64,000 nucleotides of DNA from Perkinsus olseni (taxonomy: Eukaryota), in the NCBI GenBank assembly GCA_013115125.1, contig JABANN010000096.1, positions 1-64,000 of the forward strand, given 5' to 3'. A model generated the notes under the pieces. That model was not told where the DNA came from and ran no database searches. It worked only from the letters and a program-made list of their open reading frames with translations. Positions 12,140 through 25,860 of this stretch are shown piece after piece. Both the position numbers and the translations under genes were made by a program. Every line of letters begins with the position of its first letter. The first letter of the stretch is position 1.

Positions 12140-12699
12140 AGTGAGTCCCCAGGCGAAGGGAAGCTCTACCAACATGACCATTACGCGTGAGTTTTTTAGC
12201 CAGCGTCATGAAAATGATGGAGAAAGCCTCATGCCCCATCCGAATGAATTGTCAATCGACCCAACCAGGATTGCCTCAATTTCCACCTCAGAGCTGAGCA
12301 TGATTCCTCCAGGCGGTGTGCAGCAGCAGGAGTGGGAACACTTCACCTCTACTGTGCTCCTTGACCCTCCCCTTATCCTATCAATCCGTGCCTCAATGAA
12401 TCTTCCCCAGTACAGCCGGAATCAACAGCCGACTCGGAACCGGAGGTGAAAAACATCGGCAGCCAGCAGCCGAGTATGCAAATACCAGACGGGAGTAGCA
12501 ACGCGGCCTGACAATAAGCTAGCGTTCATACTCATGTCTCGGGGTTAGTTGGGATTTGTGCGCGAACAGCGGAGCGAAGCGATGCATGTTTTGCATTTTG
12601 CCGCAGTGGGTGACTCCTCGTTGAAAGTCTAGTGCGAGTGGTTCAGCAGGCAAGCGAGGGTCAGAAGGAGGGTGATATCCCCAGGAAGGCTCTTATCAG

Positions 12700-13386
12700 G
12701 GCTAGAGGTAAGCGGGGCTGAGCGATGGTCCTGCGTCACGCGCCACGAAATCGATCGCCTCTGTCCCTTCCTGGTCGGGACCTCTGTTTCAGGGCATCTG
12801 TAAAGCTCATAAAAAGTTTATTGAAGTTTTCCGGAGGTATAAAGGTATGAACGGGCCCCCGATTCTCTGTGTTCTCTAATATATTGCGGTTTGGTCAGTG
12901 ATGTCCGCTCCCGCCGGAGCTCACATCAAGGAAGATTAATTAATTTCTGTTCTTTCGAGGATCTGTGGCCATTGAGGCTTACCATATCGAGATTCGCTCG
13001 TGCGGGTCGTGTGATGGGCGATGGGCTCTGAACTTCTAACGCTCGAGTGTAAAGTTGGTATTGAATGGAGTAGTTGTGAAACTCAGGAGCGATTCTAGAA
13101 TTGATTTTTACACGTGAATCGTTGCGGTTTCAGAATCAGTTCTGAGTTTTAAAAATTGTGTTAAGGACGTCTCCATTGACTCGACTGCTGTTCATATATA
13201 CTCCAAGGGATAAGTACAAACTTCGAGGGAGCATGTTCGGTGACTTGCTGCTCTCGCGGGGGGACAGCGGGTTTTCCGTTGCCCTTGGTAACACTTCCGG
13301 GATCTGAGTTCACCCGCAGTTGAGAATTTCTTCTCTTGCTTGTAATCGACTGTCGCGCCCGATTCCTTCGATTTTGGAACCGCCAT
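12700..13386 (-). CDS. Hypothetical small multi-exon protein divergent from SAMDC
   Basis: ATG-initiated ORF 13386-13192 with downstream AG/GT-bounded segments near 13027-12983 and 12797-12700. No recognisable motif. Confidence 0.3.
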
Positions 13387-13604
13387 TCCTCTAGGGGGTG
13401 AATATCGAGTAAGCGGAAGGTGGCCGAGATGTGCTCAGTCTGAAGGAATCATATGACGGTTTCATCGGATGGGTAGATGTTTTGCGTTGGTCTCTCTTCG
13501 ACCTAAGATTCCTTGCTAGTTCAGTGTCCTTCGTGGCCTCTGTCAAAATTCCCGCGTCGTTCTCTTGACATCATCCATCACTACCATTACTGCTACCACC
13601 GACG

Positions 13605-16600
13605 ATGTGCGCTTCGACCCACGTACCAGCAGGCATGCCGCCTGATATCCAGCAACTCATACGGGAAGAGAGGAGCCTGAGGCAACCTCAACAGCAGTTA
13701 CCCAATGAACCGGCTTTTGAGGGTAGTAGTAGTCGGGGATGGTCTAGCTGTGCATTGGAACCGCATGAGAACTTTAGATGGTTGAAGTCGGTTAAGGTAG
13801 ATTTTGCGAGTTATCGTAGCGGTGAATTCATCACCGTTGTTGCCATGAGTTTACGTACTGGCGTGAATGCCACCAATTTACTGTCGAGGCGCGCACGTTC
13901 CTTGACGGATACAAGCGCTGAGTGACGGAGTAGTAGTGATGCAGTAAGGGGTATGAGTGGCGTTAGGGAGACATTTTCGAGCCCGCGAAATCGTGTTTTC
14001 CTATTTTTATTTTTACATTGGCCGCTGGGAACTCCAGTTCGAATCTCGAATCCAAGGACGGAGGGAAGGCGTCGATGTGACTCGGTCATTTCACAATGTT
14101 CTTGGTGCCTGGTCAGGTACCGAGAAGCGTATTGAAATAGACTTCGCCTGGAGCGAGGAGGAATCTGATCTCGGAGCTAGGGTTATATCCAGGACCATGT
14201 GGGACAAGGTGATCATCATTATCATGGAGGGGATAATTTCGTGGCGCGGTGAAGGTTGCTGGAAAGTTACTGTCGGTCTTGGTGCAGATACTGGACTTAT
14301 GCGAGTGCACTATCGTCTCTCACAAGGTGTTGAAGCGATTTGACGCGTATATACTGTCGGAGAGCTCACTCTTCGTCTGCGCGGATAAGGTAGTATGGTG
14401 GTTAAGGTCGTCCGTTTTTACCCGTGAGGACCGGAGTTCGAATCTCTGGCCGTGTATTTTAACCAGCTCTCTCCTGGTGAAGGCATGGTCATCAGCATCC
14501 TTTGTTTACCCTCAGATCATCATCAAGACCTGCGGCACTACCCTCCTCCTCCAAGGCCTGCGGACCCTTCTTGGTAATAGGAGGAGCAGGCGCACCTCGG
14601 CGGTGCAGGGCTTCCCGCACACTTCATGTTACCGTTGTTTCGATAGTCTTCTTCATTCCTGCCTTCTCAAGGTGGCGATTATCCGGACTTGGCGTCCGAG
14701 TCGTATCTTAGAAAAGTGATTAGAGTTGAGGAAGCATCAGCGCCGCTGGCATCGGGAAGATATTCGCATTTCCACTCCTTCGGGTATGTCGTTGAAATTC
14801 CTGTGCTGGCACGGAAGCATTATAATGTCGTTGGTGGGGATCGAACCTGGGACCTCTTGTGTGTTATCAGATCATGCTGTTAATGAGCTGGGGTTGGAGC
14901 TGGAATGGCTGTTCTATTCGAGGAAGAGCTTCCTCTTCCCGGATTCTCAACGAGGAGTTCACGGCTCATTTGAAGACGAGGTGAGAGGTACTCTTGCAAT
15001 CTTGCATTTCCTCAACGCCGTCGTCGGTGTCAGGTCTCCCTGCTGCGTGAGGTTTGTAAAGAGTTTGGTTGCTCGACTGGTAACGCTTACGTGTTGGGTC
15101 CGCTCAATGGCGATCATTGGATCATGTGGAACGCGGATTTTAAGGAGGTGGATTCGAACTACAGGTGAGGGCGGAGCGAAGCTGTGCGCGTTTGTAGTTT
15201 TCCTTCACTAGCTGTTGTTGATAGATACGACCATAACTTGGATATTATGATGTATGATCTACCAGCTGATGTAATAAAAGGGTGGATAGCTTGGTTGGTT
15301 CATCGCAGTGTTTAATGCTCTCGAGGGCGACGGTTCTATTCCTGGCGATACCATATTTCCGCGTTTTTCTATGAGTATAGACAAGTCTCTCCATGAATAT
15401 TTAACGTATTATTCCGAATTATATTTTTCTCTTATCCTGTTATTTTATTATTATTTTCCCTAACAGGTTCGTTCCAAGTTCTTCAACTCTACAGTATCCT
15501 CTGCTGTGGCTGACCACATGTCTGTTGACTCTGGCATATCCAGCATCTATCCGGGAGCGCAGGTTGACGCCATCAACTTCACCCCGTGGTAAGTTGCCGT
15601 ACGTGCAACCTTCGGCAACGCCACTCTCGTTGGAATCGGATTATTCGGGCGCTGGTCGGAGTGTCCCTTTTGGTTCCTCACAAACGATGCTCGTACGCAG
15701 CTGGAGGAGGTTGCGAATCTTCCAAATGGTGAATGATACAGTCTTGATTGGCTGGATGCTGATCGGAGATTTTATTTATTGATTGTAGGATAGGGTATTA
15801 TGTATTAATTTCGTTAATGTATTGCATGGTGTGGTATGGCCACTGGAATCTCTCTCAGCGGCTACTCCTGCAATGCTTCCCTCGACGATGGTCAGTCCTT
15901 CTTCACCATCCACGTCACCCCGGAGGAGTCCTGCTCGTACGCCAGCTTCGAGACAAACGTCCGCTGTATGCCGCCCGGATCTGTGCGCTGTGGTTAGTGA
16001 TGTGCTCAGGTTCGAGTGAGAAGCTTGTGGAGACCATCCGTCGGGCGGTTGATGTGTTCAAGCCCGGGAGGTTCTCTCTAACGTATGTAGCAGATAACGG
16101 TATCATTAAGGAGCTCAAGGGAAAGGGCAACTCGGGACTCTTGCCGTAGTAGAGGGAGATTGGATGCTTTGGATTTTTCGCATGCAATGGTAGTCGTTAT
16201 GACGAGGGCAGCCTTGGTGGGCCGGTGAGGTCGGGCCGGAATTGGAGAACTCGTATCGGGAAATGGAGGGCCATTGAGATGTTAGATAGGTTACGTGTTG
16301 TGGTATAGCAGTTTGGGGGGCCATACACGGAAGGTTGGAATTGAGGTGTTAGATTCTAAGGGCTGTCATGATCATCCTTTCCGTAAAATGCCGGTAACAA
16401 CGCGAGAATGAGGCCACTATGCCACGCGGTTGTTGGCAGCAGCGGGACTCTAGGCAGTACTCGGGCTCAGTATTTTGTACTGCGACGACCGCCGCCGTCG
16501 TTCTCGCGGCCACGGCGCAAGGTGGCCTCACTGCTACATCCCGCAGTTGTCTCGTTAGGAAGTGTACGAGGTTTGCCCCCTTTCGTGATACGCTCGTCTC

Positions 16601-16852
16601 GACTGAACGTATCTTTTATTCTGTCAGATACGAGCATGGTGTCTTTGATAAAGATTACAAGGTTCGAGCAACCTCGACATACAGATGGTAGGTTGATGCG
16701 TGAGTAACACGGAAAGGAAGATACTCTTTATTTTCAGGGAGTTGGACTACCAAGCAAGCGTCTCGTCGTACGTGTCCCGTCGTCATGCAGTGTCACCGTC
16801 AAACACCCTGTCTACGATCCCGAGTTCTGATGCAATCTCCTGTGAGTATTAG
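13605..16852 (+). CDS. AMD1: S-adenosylmethionine decarboxylase proenzyme (eukaryotic type), multi-exon
   Basis: Exons give AFEG|TEKRIEIDF, FDAYILSESSLFV (E-S autocleavage site), IIIKTCGTTLLL, YSRKSFLFPDSQRGVHGSFEDE, SGISSIYPGAQVDAINFTPC, FTIHVTPEESCSYASFETN, VDVFKPGRFSLT. The 3' end is uncertain (stop at 16852 or a further exon). Confidence 0.95.
14390..14460 (+). repeat. tRNA-derived (SINE-like) sequence at the start of a SAMDC intron
   Basis: A-box-like TAGTATGGTGG, T-arm CCGGAG-TTCGAAT-CTCTGG, 3' TTTT. It does not form a full cloverleaf. Confidence 0.55.
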
Positions 16853-16947
16853 GAGCAGCGGGTTTGAGAAGAGACTGAAAGGCAGACAAAGGCGGACGTT
16901 TCTTTCGGCTGAGGAGGTCTTGTGTTGTTATGTGACTCAGGAAGGGG

Positions 16948-17027
16948 TGATCTCGTAGCCGAGCGGTTGGTCGGGAGGTTCACTATTCGTTAATCCCGGG
17001 TTCAATTCCTGGTCGTGTTATCTTTTA
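16948..17027 (+). repeat. tRNA-derived (SINE-like) sequence
   Basis: A-box TAGCCGAGCGG, B-box GGTTCAATTCC, 3' end CTGGTCGTGTTATCTTTT similar to that of 14390-14460. Confidence 0.5.
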
Positions 17028-17082
17028 TGCTTCCGTGAAGCTGACAGAAAGGCGGTCGACTGATTGCCTTCCTTGAACTGCC

Positions 17083-20000
17083 ATGATCAGTTTTCGTGGA
17101 TTCTTCCTCATGTGCGTGTCGATATGCACCGGCGAGGGCCTCCCCATCACCTCCCGCTGGACCCAACTTCGCCCCAGTAGGTCAACGCCGCTTCCGCCAC
17201 CCTTCCGTCGAGCCGTCTGTTATGTAGCGTTCATGGAAGGCTTTTCGTGTATCCCAATATCACGTGAGGGTCGTATCCGGTCACTCTTGGGAGGAGTATA
17301 GTGGTGCTGACCTGCAATTAGGAAGATAAAGTATCTCAGCTTTGCCCTGCCCGCTACCTGAGGGGTACTTGCTGTTCTCAATAAATTTGCCTCAACCCAT
17401 CCCTCTTGGAACAAGATACTTCGGTGGTAGTCTGTCGACTAAGCCGTTTTCGGCGTTGGACTTAAAACTCACCTCTAACACTTACGACCGTCTAGTTGGA
17501 CGACAACCATACGACATAGGAAAAATCACTGCCCCACCGACCTGGCTGAAGAGCGTCTGATAGTCTTGTCAATGTACAGTAGCTTAGTCGGAAAATTGAT
17601 ATTAGTACTACGAGGGGGTGCTACAATTCTAAACTCCGCGGGATTGTCCAGAAACGGTAGATTTAGGTCTTTGTTTCTGCTCACCATCTTTAAGCTGTTA
17701 TTATCTCAGGTATCGAGATGAAGCCTGGTGAGTTGGTGGAGTCGAACCTCAAAGCAGCGGAGCGACAGGGAGGGCACGGGTCGTCGGAGGTCGGCAGTGA
17801 TACTGGCTTTCTGTCGCACTCCCCAGTGGGCGTCATGTACTCTTGTGTGACGTGGTCTCGGTGGTGACCGCTTCGTGTTATACTGTTTGATACCTATAAA
17901 AGATATCTCTCTCGCGATAATGCCCCAGATGAGGTTATTAGTATCCTTCCTTAGGAGGGCGAGGCGAGCAGTACAACAGCTGTCGACAGCACTTCTAACG
18001 AGAAGCCTGAGGATGGGTGCGTTGAACGGATGGCGGCCTTTGATGCTTCATTCCAGAGGGGATGTCGACGAGATGCTGCAGCAGCAGCCACGACGAAGGT
18101 GTCGTCTGCGGGTGTATGAGAACGATAAGGAGATACGTATTGAGAGCATACCTGGTAGGGGTTGGCCGCTCTCTTCACTTCCCTAGGTTTTTGAAAAAAA
18201 AATTCTACACTAAAAATTTTCGTAATAATTTCACTTTTCTAGATTTTCGTAATATTTTCATCGCCGTAGATATTCAGCATGATCATTCTCATCAGTGATG
18301 AGTCATCACCATGAATTAATGACAAAAAACAGTCCCGACGGTGTACCGTTGTGGAATAGTGCTCCCCTGGAGACTGTAGGCAAACCTTCCTGTCCTACTC
18401 CCCCTCAGAAGCTAGTCCTGTTCTGAGGAGGGCGGAATCTGACAGAACCGCAGCTCGACCACAACAACAGGATGACACTGGTGAGCAGCAGACCTTGATC
18501 GGTCCTCTGAACCACTCAGTCCCACCAGCCCCACTTCCGCCGCCATCTCGCCGGGCTGTGTCAGCGAGGGAGGCGACTCCCACTGGTAGGGCGGTCGGGT
18601 GGGTACCGGCGAAATAAGGTTGAATTATACGTAAACGGGATCCTATCTCGGCCCTCCTTACGGTCAAGCAGGGTTGGAATCTTCAGCTTCAGCTCTCCTC
18701 ATCGCCATACTGTATCCAGCGCAGTACATTCGCTGGCAGGTCAGCAACAGCAGCCGCCCTCCTTCGTCGCATCGACGCCCCTGTCGAAGGAAGCACAGTT
18801 TGCTAAGGTCATGAGCAACATCAATGGACTGCTTGATAATGACGAAGTGAGTGGGGATCATCGCGACCGTTGAGGAATTGCAAGAGTGCAAGATTGACCT
18901 CCTTCGTGTAGGTTTTCGCAGCTGAGGAGGCTGTAAGACGCTTGTTGGTGTCAACGAAAGATGAGGACATGGCGAGGGTATCCGGGGGATAATTTCGTGG
19001 CGCAGTGACGTGTTCGGGTAGGTCCGCCGTCACGCGGTGTTTGAAAGATTCCGGGCGTCGATGGATGAAGTTGACAATTTGTTACTTAAGTTGACTGATG
19101 ATAGGGGATATGAACTGAGAGGAAGTCGAGAAGAAGGGAAATTCAAGATTTGGTAAAATTGCAAGATTTGGGAGCGATGGTGTCCTTCTCGAGTGCTTGC
19201 CGTCAGGGTTAACCCCGGCTACGGGAGGGTGTTGCGGACTAGGATGTCGTCCCTTCTGTTTGGAGATTTTCTGATGATCTGCAGCGCCATCGACGCTATC
19301 GCCTTCCCGGCCAAACCTGAGGTATCATCGATCAAGGTAATGCCATCTCGTATCTTACCATACAGAATCTTACCATATCGTATCTTGCCATCTTGTGAGT
19401 CACGAGTCGTGACATACTACCTTTTCCTCTTCTCTGTCACCGTTGTATCCAATACCCTCACGAGTTCAATTGATATAGTCCGCGCTTCAATGAGTGATAC
19501 CTACTGAGAGACATCTTTGACGGCGTGATAAGGCGTTTGAACAGCACTCGTCTCGCGTAGTCGTTGTAGTGGTCTTCATCTGCCAGGATTTAACGCCCTT
19601 CTCGACCGTCGTGAAGGCTACTGTCAAGATGCAGTTGATGCTGAGAAGAAGAGAGGTCGTAGCGGTCAAGCGCTGGTGAGAGGGGCCAGCTTCGCAGTGT
19701 CTGAGTCATCCGGACGCTATTAGGTTCGTTAATGAGCATGAAGGCTTCGCTTTGCTGCACCTGCGGACTGCGGCGGGGAAGGATGCCCGGCTTACTCAGA
19801 CCGACCGCCGCACGCCTGAGATGATTCTGGTGGGGTGTGGTATCGGGTGAAATCCATGTTGTTATTATCGCCGTGAATTCATATTTTTTTCTCCCCGTTC
19901 GCTATAAATATCTTTCAGGAGGATGTCATCATTCTTTTGGTGCCGATGGCGGAAAACCTGACCTTCATGACGAGGTTAATGGCCTTTGACCCAAAGATTA

Positions 20001-22353
20001 ATTTGGTAAAAATACCCTCGCCAGGGATAGAACTTGGGCCCTGGCCAGGTTCGCTTCAAGTTGATGGAGATCATGTCGGGCCGGACTGCGCTGAAGCAGG
20101 CGGAGGACTTCGAGAAGTTGCTGTCGACGCCGGAGACATTGAAGAAATCAGAACCTCTGCCGCTAGCGCTGTAAGGGTTGGGATCTGATCGCTGCTGGGA
20201 GACAGCCGTGCTGTGTAACCGTCCCTTCCTCAGACGGCAGCGTCTGACTGCATTGAGTCAGCGTCGACTTCTGCCGAACAGAGTCAAGCGCAGATCGTCA
20301 CTGGAGCTGCTGGGCACGGGTTGGATAGCTGATGCGGCGGAGAGATGGGCGAGGTCATCATCATCAAAGTCCATCAGCATCGCATCACCTTCTGCCACAT
20401 GTTGCTCGCGCAGTAAAGGGTGTTTCGAAACTACGTGAAGAACTTCTAGGCAGATTGATTCCTAGTCACTGATCTCTCCTCCTAGTCTCCCAATGGTATT
20501 ACCGCTGATACTGACTGCTCCTCTGACTGCTACCCTTGACGTACTCTGCTCCCTCTCCATGCCCTTGTGCGACCCATATCATGAGGAGCCAAGATGTCGA
20601 AAGAGCTACCTTTAGTTTAGGATGCTGTTCACTGAGCCTTGTGATTGAGATAGACTACCGAGATGGTTGCTCCTTTGTTTGGAGTTTGACAGCATGTGGC
20701 GGGGCAGTGGGTGCCATGCGAACTCAGCAGCACAATATCTTGTCTTGGAGCTGATCTCGTCTGGCGTCGTAGCGGTTGTTGTTCGAATAGCATTAGAATG
20801 CTGTTTGATTTTCCTGCAGCCGTGGGCGAGGGAATCAAGCGCTCAGTCGTTTGGTTGGTGTGGGATACGGGAGGTCTGTCCGCCAGGTTTAATCGGGACA
20901 CTTTCCGCAAGACGACAAGGAGGATGCTGAGCCCATCAAGTGCGGGAAGTCGGATAACGGATAAGGGATTGTAGATGTAAAGCTACCGTTGACCGAACGT
21001 TGCTACACGGTGATTAGGAACTCTATCGCAGTATTCGTTATACACCGTGCGAATTCGGCTTTCCCTCAGTTTTTTGGCCGCTACAAGATGAGGGGTGAGC
21101 CGACTTGTGTGTACCAGCGGGATAGCTATCCATGGTCTGCTAAAGAGTGATGAGGACCGCTCGAGCATTGTGCATGGCTTCTTCAGGCGTTATTCGGTCT
21201 CCAACGGCGGCCAAGTTGTATCTCTGCCCGTCTCCAACTGTTTTTGTGTGTCAGCTGCTACTCACGTGAACATGCGGCAGTTTCTCTTTCCTCTTGCTGG
21301 TTGAGTTGACTTCAATACGGGAAGCCACCATTATCCGAGAAGCTCAGTGCATCATTGGCGATGACCGTATCGGAAGTCTTTCAGGCTCGTATGGCGGAAT
21401 CTGGCCTAGGCGGTAAGAGAATATCCGCCTCCTGATGAGGAAGGTAAGCCTAGAGTATTTATACTAGGGGCTGCTTCTCATTGAAGAAACCCCTCTGCAA
21501 GAAGCTCGCAAGCACTTGCTCTCTGCTAGAGATGAACCCACCGAATATCAAATTTCCGGTCATCCCTGAGGAAGCTTTTCGACTCGTCCCGAAATATGGG
21601 AACCGCATGTAGGGGCCCCACAGTAGAGGAGCCTGCCGCTAGAGAGCTGGGTCGCTCCACTGGAGTGTGCTCATGGACCGATCGGCATGGTGAAGCTTGA
21701 TGATGGGAGCTGTTCCTACAAATACCGGCGATCCAATCTCGGGTTGGAAACTTCCGGCTCTGGGTTGTAGGATATAGCCCGGCTATAACTCTAGTTTATT
21801 GCTATGCTCTTACCCTTTCACTGTAGCAACTACCCGTTCGCCTCGCAACTTTTTTAAGGAAGAAAGGCGACCAAGGTCAACACTATCGCGAGGGTATTTG
21901 TTTGGCGTTCGAGGGTAACACAGTGCGAGGGTATTGACAAGGTGGCACCGTCAAGTTGCCCCGGCTCCAGCAGCCCTTGGTATCGTTATGGTCAGAGGGG
22001 CAGTTCCGGGGTTCACTAGACGACTGCCAGTATTTACATTGGGCTGGTTTGAGGCGTGCCTGTAGGTGGAGGCTGTGCTTTTCCCAGCACTAGTTGAAAT
22101 ATTGCTATTCAAGGTTGTCACAGCGCTGTCGCTGTCGTTGACCTTCAGCCCGGCTGCGCATGCGGTCGAGAAACGAGGCGAGCGTCCGACGCTCAGCTTC
22201 GTTGACCGGGGATCGCGCGCGAGGGAGATGGCTATTGGCGAACGTGAGAACATGAGCGTGCAGGGTGTCAGCTTGTTCTCAGTGAGGAAGAACAAGACTA
22301 TCACTGTCGTGTGTAAGGGGATCGGGACTGCAGGAAAGAAGGAGGAGGGATAA
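17083..22353 (+). CDS. One or more hypothetical multi-exon genes
   Basis: A series of AG/GT-bounded open segments, e.g. VRFKLMEIMSGRTALKQAEDFEKLLSTPETLKK (20049-20171), RQRLTALSQRRLLPNRVKRRSSLELL, and a terminal exon 22066-22353. No family recognised; gene number and limits are uncertain. Confidence 0.35.
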
Positions 22354-23819
22354 GGCTTACGAGAGATGCCTGCTACTCGGGAGAGTCGTATATGTTAGCT
22401 ATTCAACATTCGGGTGGCAAAGGGCAGACCGTTTCCGAATGGACGTGTTATAGTATGGAAGGCGATGAGTATCCCACTGGTGTCGTTTCTGTGCTTTGAT
22501 ATGAAACATACGAGCGCCATTAACGGATACGTCTCCTTTTCCAATGTCACTTTCTCATAATCTAGGATATTATCCTGATATGATGGTCCGTTGATAAGCC
22601 CGCGGCCGCGGCTTAACTCCGAGGGCTCCGGTGGCAGTGCTGGTATTTTCATAACAGCCCGGTTCGTCCTGCTAGGAATGCGCGATGATGATCTGAATCA
22701 TGTGCTCCTCGTTGCTGCAGCTCGATCTTTCACAACTCATAGTCCACCGGGGCAGATTTCGTTACCATCTCTTGAGTTGTTCCTCAATCATACACCGCTG
22801 AACGGTGACCTTTCGGCCGCTCGGAATTTCTCACGAGCGAGGGATGGATATCAGTGGTGGCTCATCCATACTCTGTGTCTACCAAATCAAAATAAGTTTG
22901 AGTTCGTTAACGTTTTTCGATGCAGTTGAACTGCTTCGTGGAATGAGTCTCGGGGTAGCACTGGTAGATAGAGCCCTCACTTCGGGATTGATTGGCCACA
23001 TTGATTCTTCCAAATTTCAAAGGAGCGTTAAGTGACCCCAAGACTCTCTCGTCACTTGTCTGTTGTGGTCGCCTGAAAAAGGTATACGAGGAGTATACCA
23101 TGTATATCTATATTCTCGATTAGACACCTACTATTGATATTGTGAATATTGATATCCCAACGTTTTCACTTGACTCGATCAGGCTTCGCGTTCTCCTTCG
23201 CAGCGCCCTAGTCCGAGGAGGCGCCCAAGGAGTCGAAAAGGCTGCCGCAAATGAACGCCTTAACGCCATTTACTAGCTGCTATTCGATATTTCCACTAAT
23301 CTTCCGGTCGTTCCGCTTTTTAATTGGTTGCAAATTTGTGTCATTTCCGCCCCCCCTTTTTTTGTTCCGTACCAGCCTCTTGAATCCCCAGCAGTGGCTT
23401 AACTGTTGTTTGTATCCATCCCAGTGTTGCTGCGTCGGCTTTCTCGTGTGCATGCCATAGTAGTTTTTACCTCTCCACGCTTCGAGTTGGGCTATTGAGA
23501 GAATACAGGGGGGGGAGCAGTCTTTTGCGCTGTTAGTTAGTAGCTGGCTTAGATATTTCGTCTTACAGGTTCGATGACTTGGCTTTACGGTGAGGATTGA
23601 TACTGCACAGCTTGTCGCTGCGTAGGCCGTGCAATAATAGTTAGGGAGTTTCGGAACCAGGTTCCAGGAAGGTTCTTTCTCCCGGAGGTGCCATGTAGTT
23701 GTGCGGTCATTAGGATGATAGCAAATACCACAGCATCCATACCATAGGTGATGCAGCCTAGGTTGCATTTTTCTGCTCTTCCTCATCTCTGAGATAAATT
23801 CTCAGAGATTCCATCGGTA

Positions 23820-25860
23820 GCGACAGCATAGTAGCGCACTTGCACTTGCACCTGCTCCTTCAATGCTTTGAGCACAGGAGGTCACGCAAGATCCGGACCT
23901 CGAGAGGTTACGCGGGCTGACGAACAACTCGGCCGGAGTGATCGCGAGTTGAGCGAAAACAGCTTCCCATCGGAAGCATTCATGATCGGTAGTAGGCTAG
24001 AAGTGACCGTGGGTGGCAGGCAGGTCGTACTTGGGCGTTTCCTCTCGAAGATGGAGACACCCTTGGCAGCCTCTGCGGGAGAGCAGCTGCCAGTGCCTGT
24101 TGAATGTGAGTAATCGGGGTATCGTGCATTCTGTTGCTGTTGACGCGTACTCACCATTTACAAGAATAATCATGTTGATGCTTTCAGATGGATCGATCAG
24201 CGTGCGAGTTGAGGATGCGCCGTGTCATGAGTTATTCGAGAGAGTGGGCAGATCAGATCCTGTTCAGGAAACCGTTTACGAGTGTGTAGCTCTATGTTTC
24301 TCAGAATATAGAATAAAATAAGTATCATTTTAAACCGACCCTCACTGCTTTGCTACGACGTAGGTATATACCGCCTGACAAGATTCCACCGGGTGGAGAG
24401 GAAGAGCCCGAGTGAGTACTCTTACCGAGAGTGTGTTTTCTCTCTCATTATGGACTTCTGCTGCTTGACAGTGCCGGCTGGGCGTGCGGGTCTCAGGATC
24501 ATCCTTCAGGACGGAAGTTATGCCAGTGGCCGGAGCAGCAGCATGGGAGGCCTGGGGCGATTGTGAGGAGGAGAAAGAGGAAGGTTGGATCTTTGCCTGT
24601 CGCTGTCTTGCAGCTCCTATATCAGATGGAATTCCCGAAGACCGCCGACGAGCCCGTGTAGATCGCCTCGAGAGAGACCTTGATGAGCTACGCCTCATGA
24701 TGAAGACTTACGAGCAACGTCTGGCACAGTCTTCTGCTACGGTGAGAGTTCACAACACTCGAGATCTTTTCCTTGCGAAGGTGGTTCTCCTGCTGTGAGA
24801 GCCGGTCTAGCCACAGTCTACGGTGGTCACCGTTGTTTATATTGTTATCTTCGTACAGTCCAGTCAAAAAAATTTCAAACACCGTTTTGAAGTTCTGCTC
24901 GGCGGGACTGTAAAAGATATTCGTGAACTGATACTCATGTACTTTGCCCCGAGCCTTTCTGTGGTACCTAGGTGCCGCTGGGCAATCGATGGGCCGCTCT
25001 GGGTGGTGGACTGAGCTGAAGTCCATCGCCTTCACTGGAGCTCGTGATCGGAGGGCATATTCATAGCGTCGTCGTATCATTCAATTTTCACCCGCCATAT
25101 CAAACCACATTTCACATCGCGGCTTTGACTTTGCGAAAAACGGCCCTCCACGTATCCCGGATGAACCTCCAATTTCTATCGAGTGCCTCTACCGTGAACT
25201 CGGCATCTCGTCCTCAGTCGCGGTCGGTCGAACAAGATGAGGATGTTCGTGTTGGGGAGCTGATTGAACAGCTGGAGGTGATCATCCCTACATATTGGGG
25301 ACCATTTTCGGACGACTTCATATTTGTTGTCAGAGCATGCGCAGCTCGGCAGTGGACGGTGGTAACCCCGACAGGCGGTTGGCTGGGGGTGAGTTTGGCG
25401 GTGGTCAGGGACGGGTGTGATGCATTACAGTAGTGATTCTGATGATAGTGTTATTAATTGTATTATTGGAATGCCTCTCACGATTATCATTGTCGTTGGT
25501 GGATATCCTCTTCGTTTTTTGCGTATCCTCTTCAGAGGAAGGCGACGCTTTGTGGCATCAGCAAGCTTCGACTGAGCGGATGGAAATGCTGGAGAGGAAA
25601 GTGAGAAGTCCGGGTCAGGGCCGTAGTCCTCGAACGCTAGGGCCATTGGCCAATCAAGCGCGCGGACCTGGGGGAGGTCTGGGCCTGCCCCCCCCCCTCA
25701 AGCGGGACTTCTTTCGGGGCCCCTGGAAGAGAGGCTGAGCGGCGTCTGTTGTTGCCTCGGTCGCCGGGTTCCCTGCATGCCCTGACGCTCAGGTATGCCT
25801 GTTGGAAGCTGGCCTGGGGGTTGGACGCCTGGGAGACGGCATAGGAGGAAGAGGGTGAGT
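23820..25860 (+). CDS. Hypothetical multi-exon protein with coiled-coil segments
   Basis: Exon-like segments ending in GTGAG/GTGAT donors: ...AGEQLPVPVE, RARVDRLERDLDELRLMMKTYEQRLAQSSAT, VEQDEDVRVGELIEQLE, QASTERMEMLERK. Confidence 0.45.

Noticed and set aside
14390-17027. Functional tRNA genes
   Set aside because: A/B boxes are present but acceptor and anticodon stems do not pair properly.
19346-19395. 15-bp tandem repeat encoding RILPY
   Set aside because: Lies just after a GTAAT donor, so probably an intronic minisatellite rather than coding.
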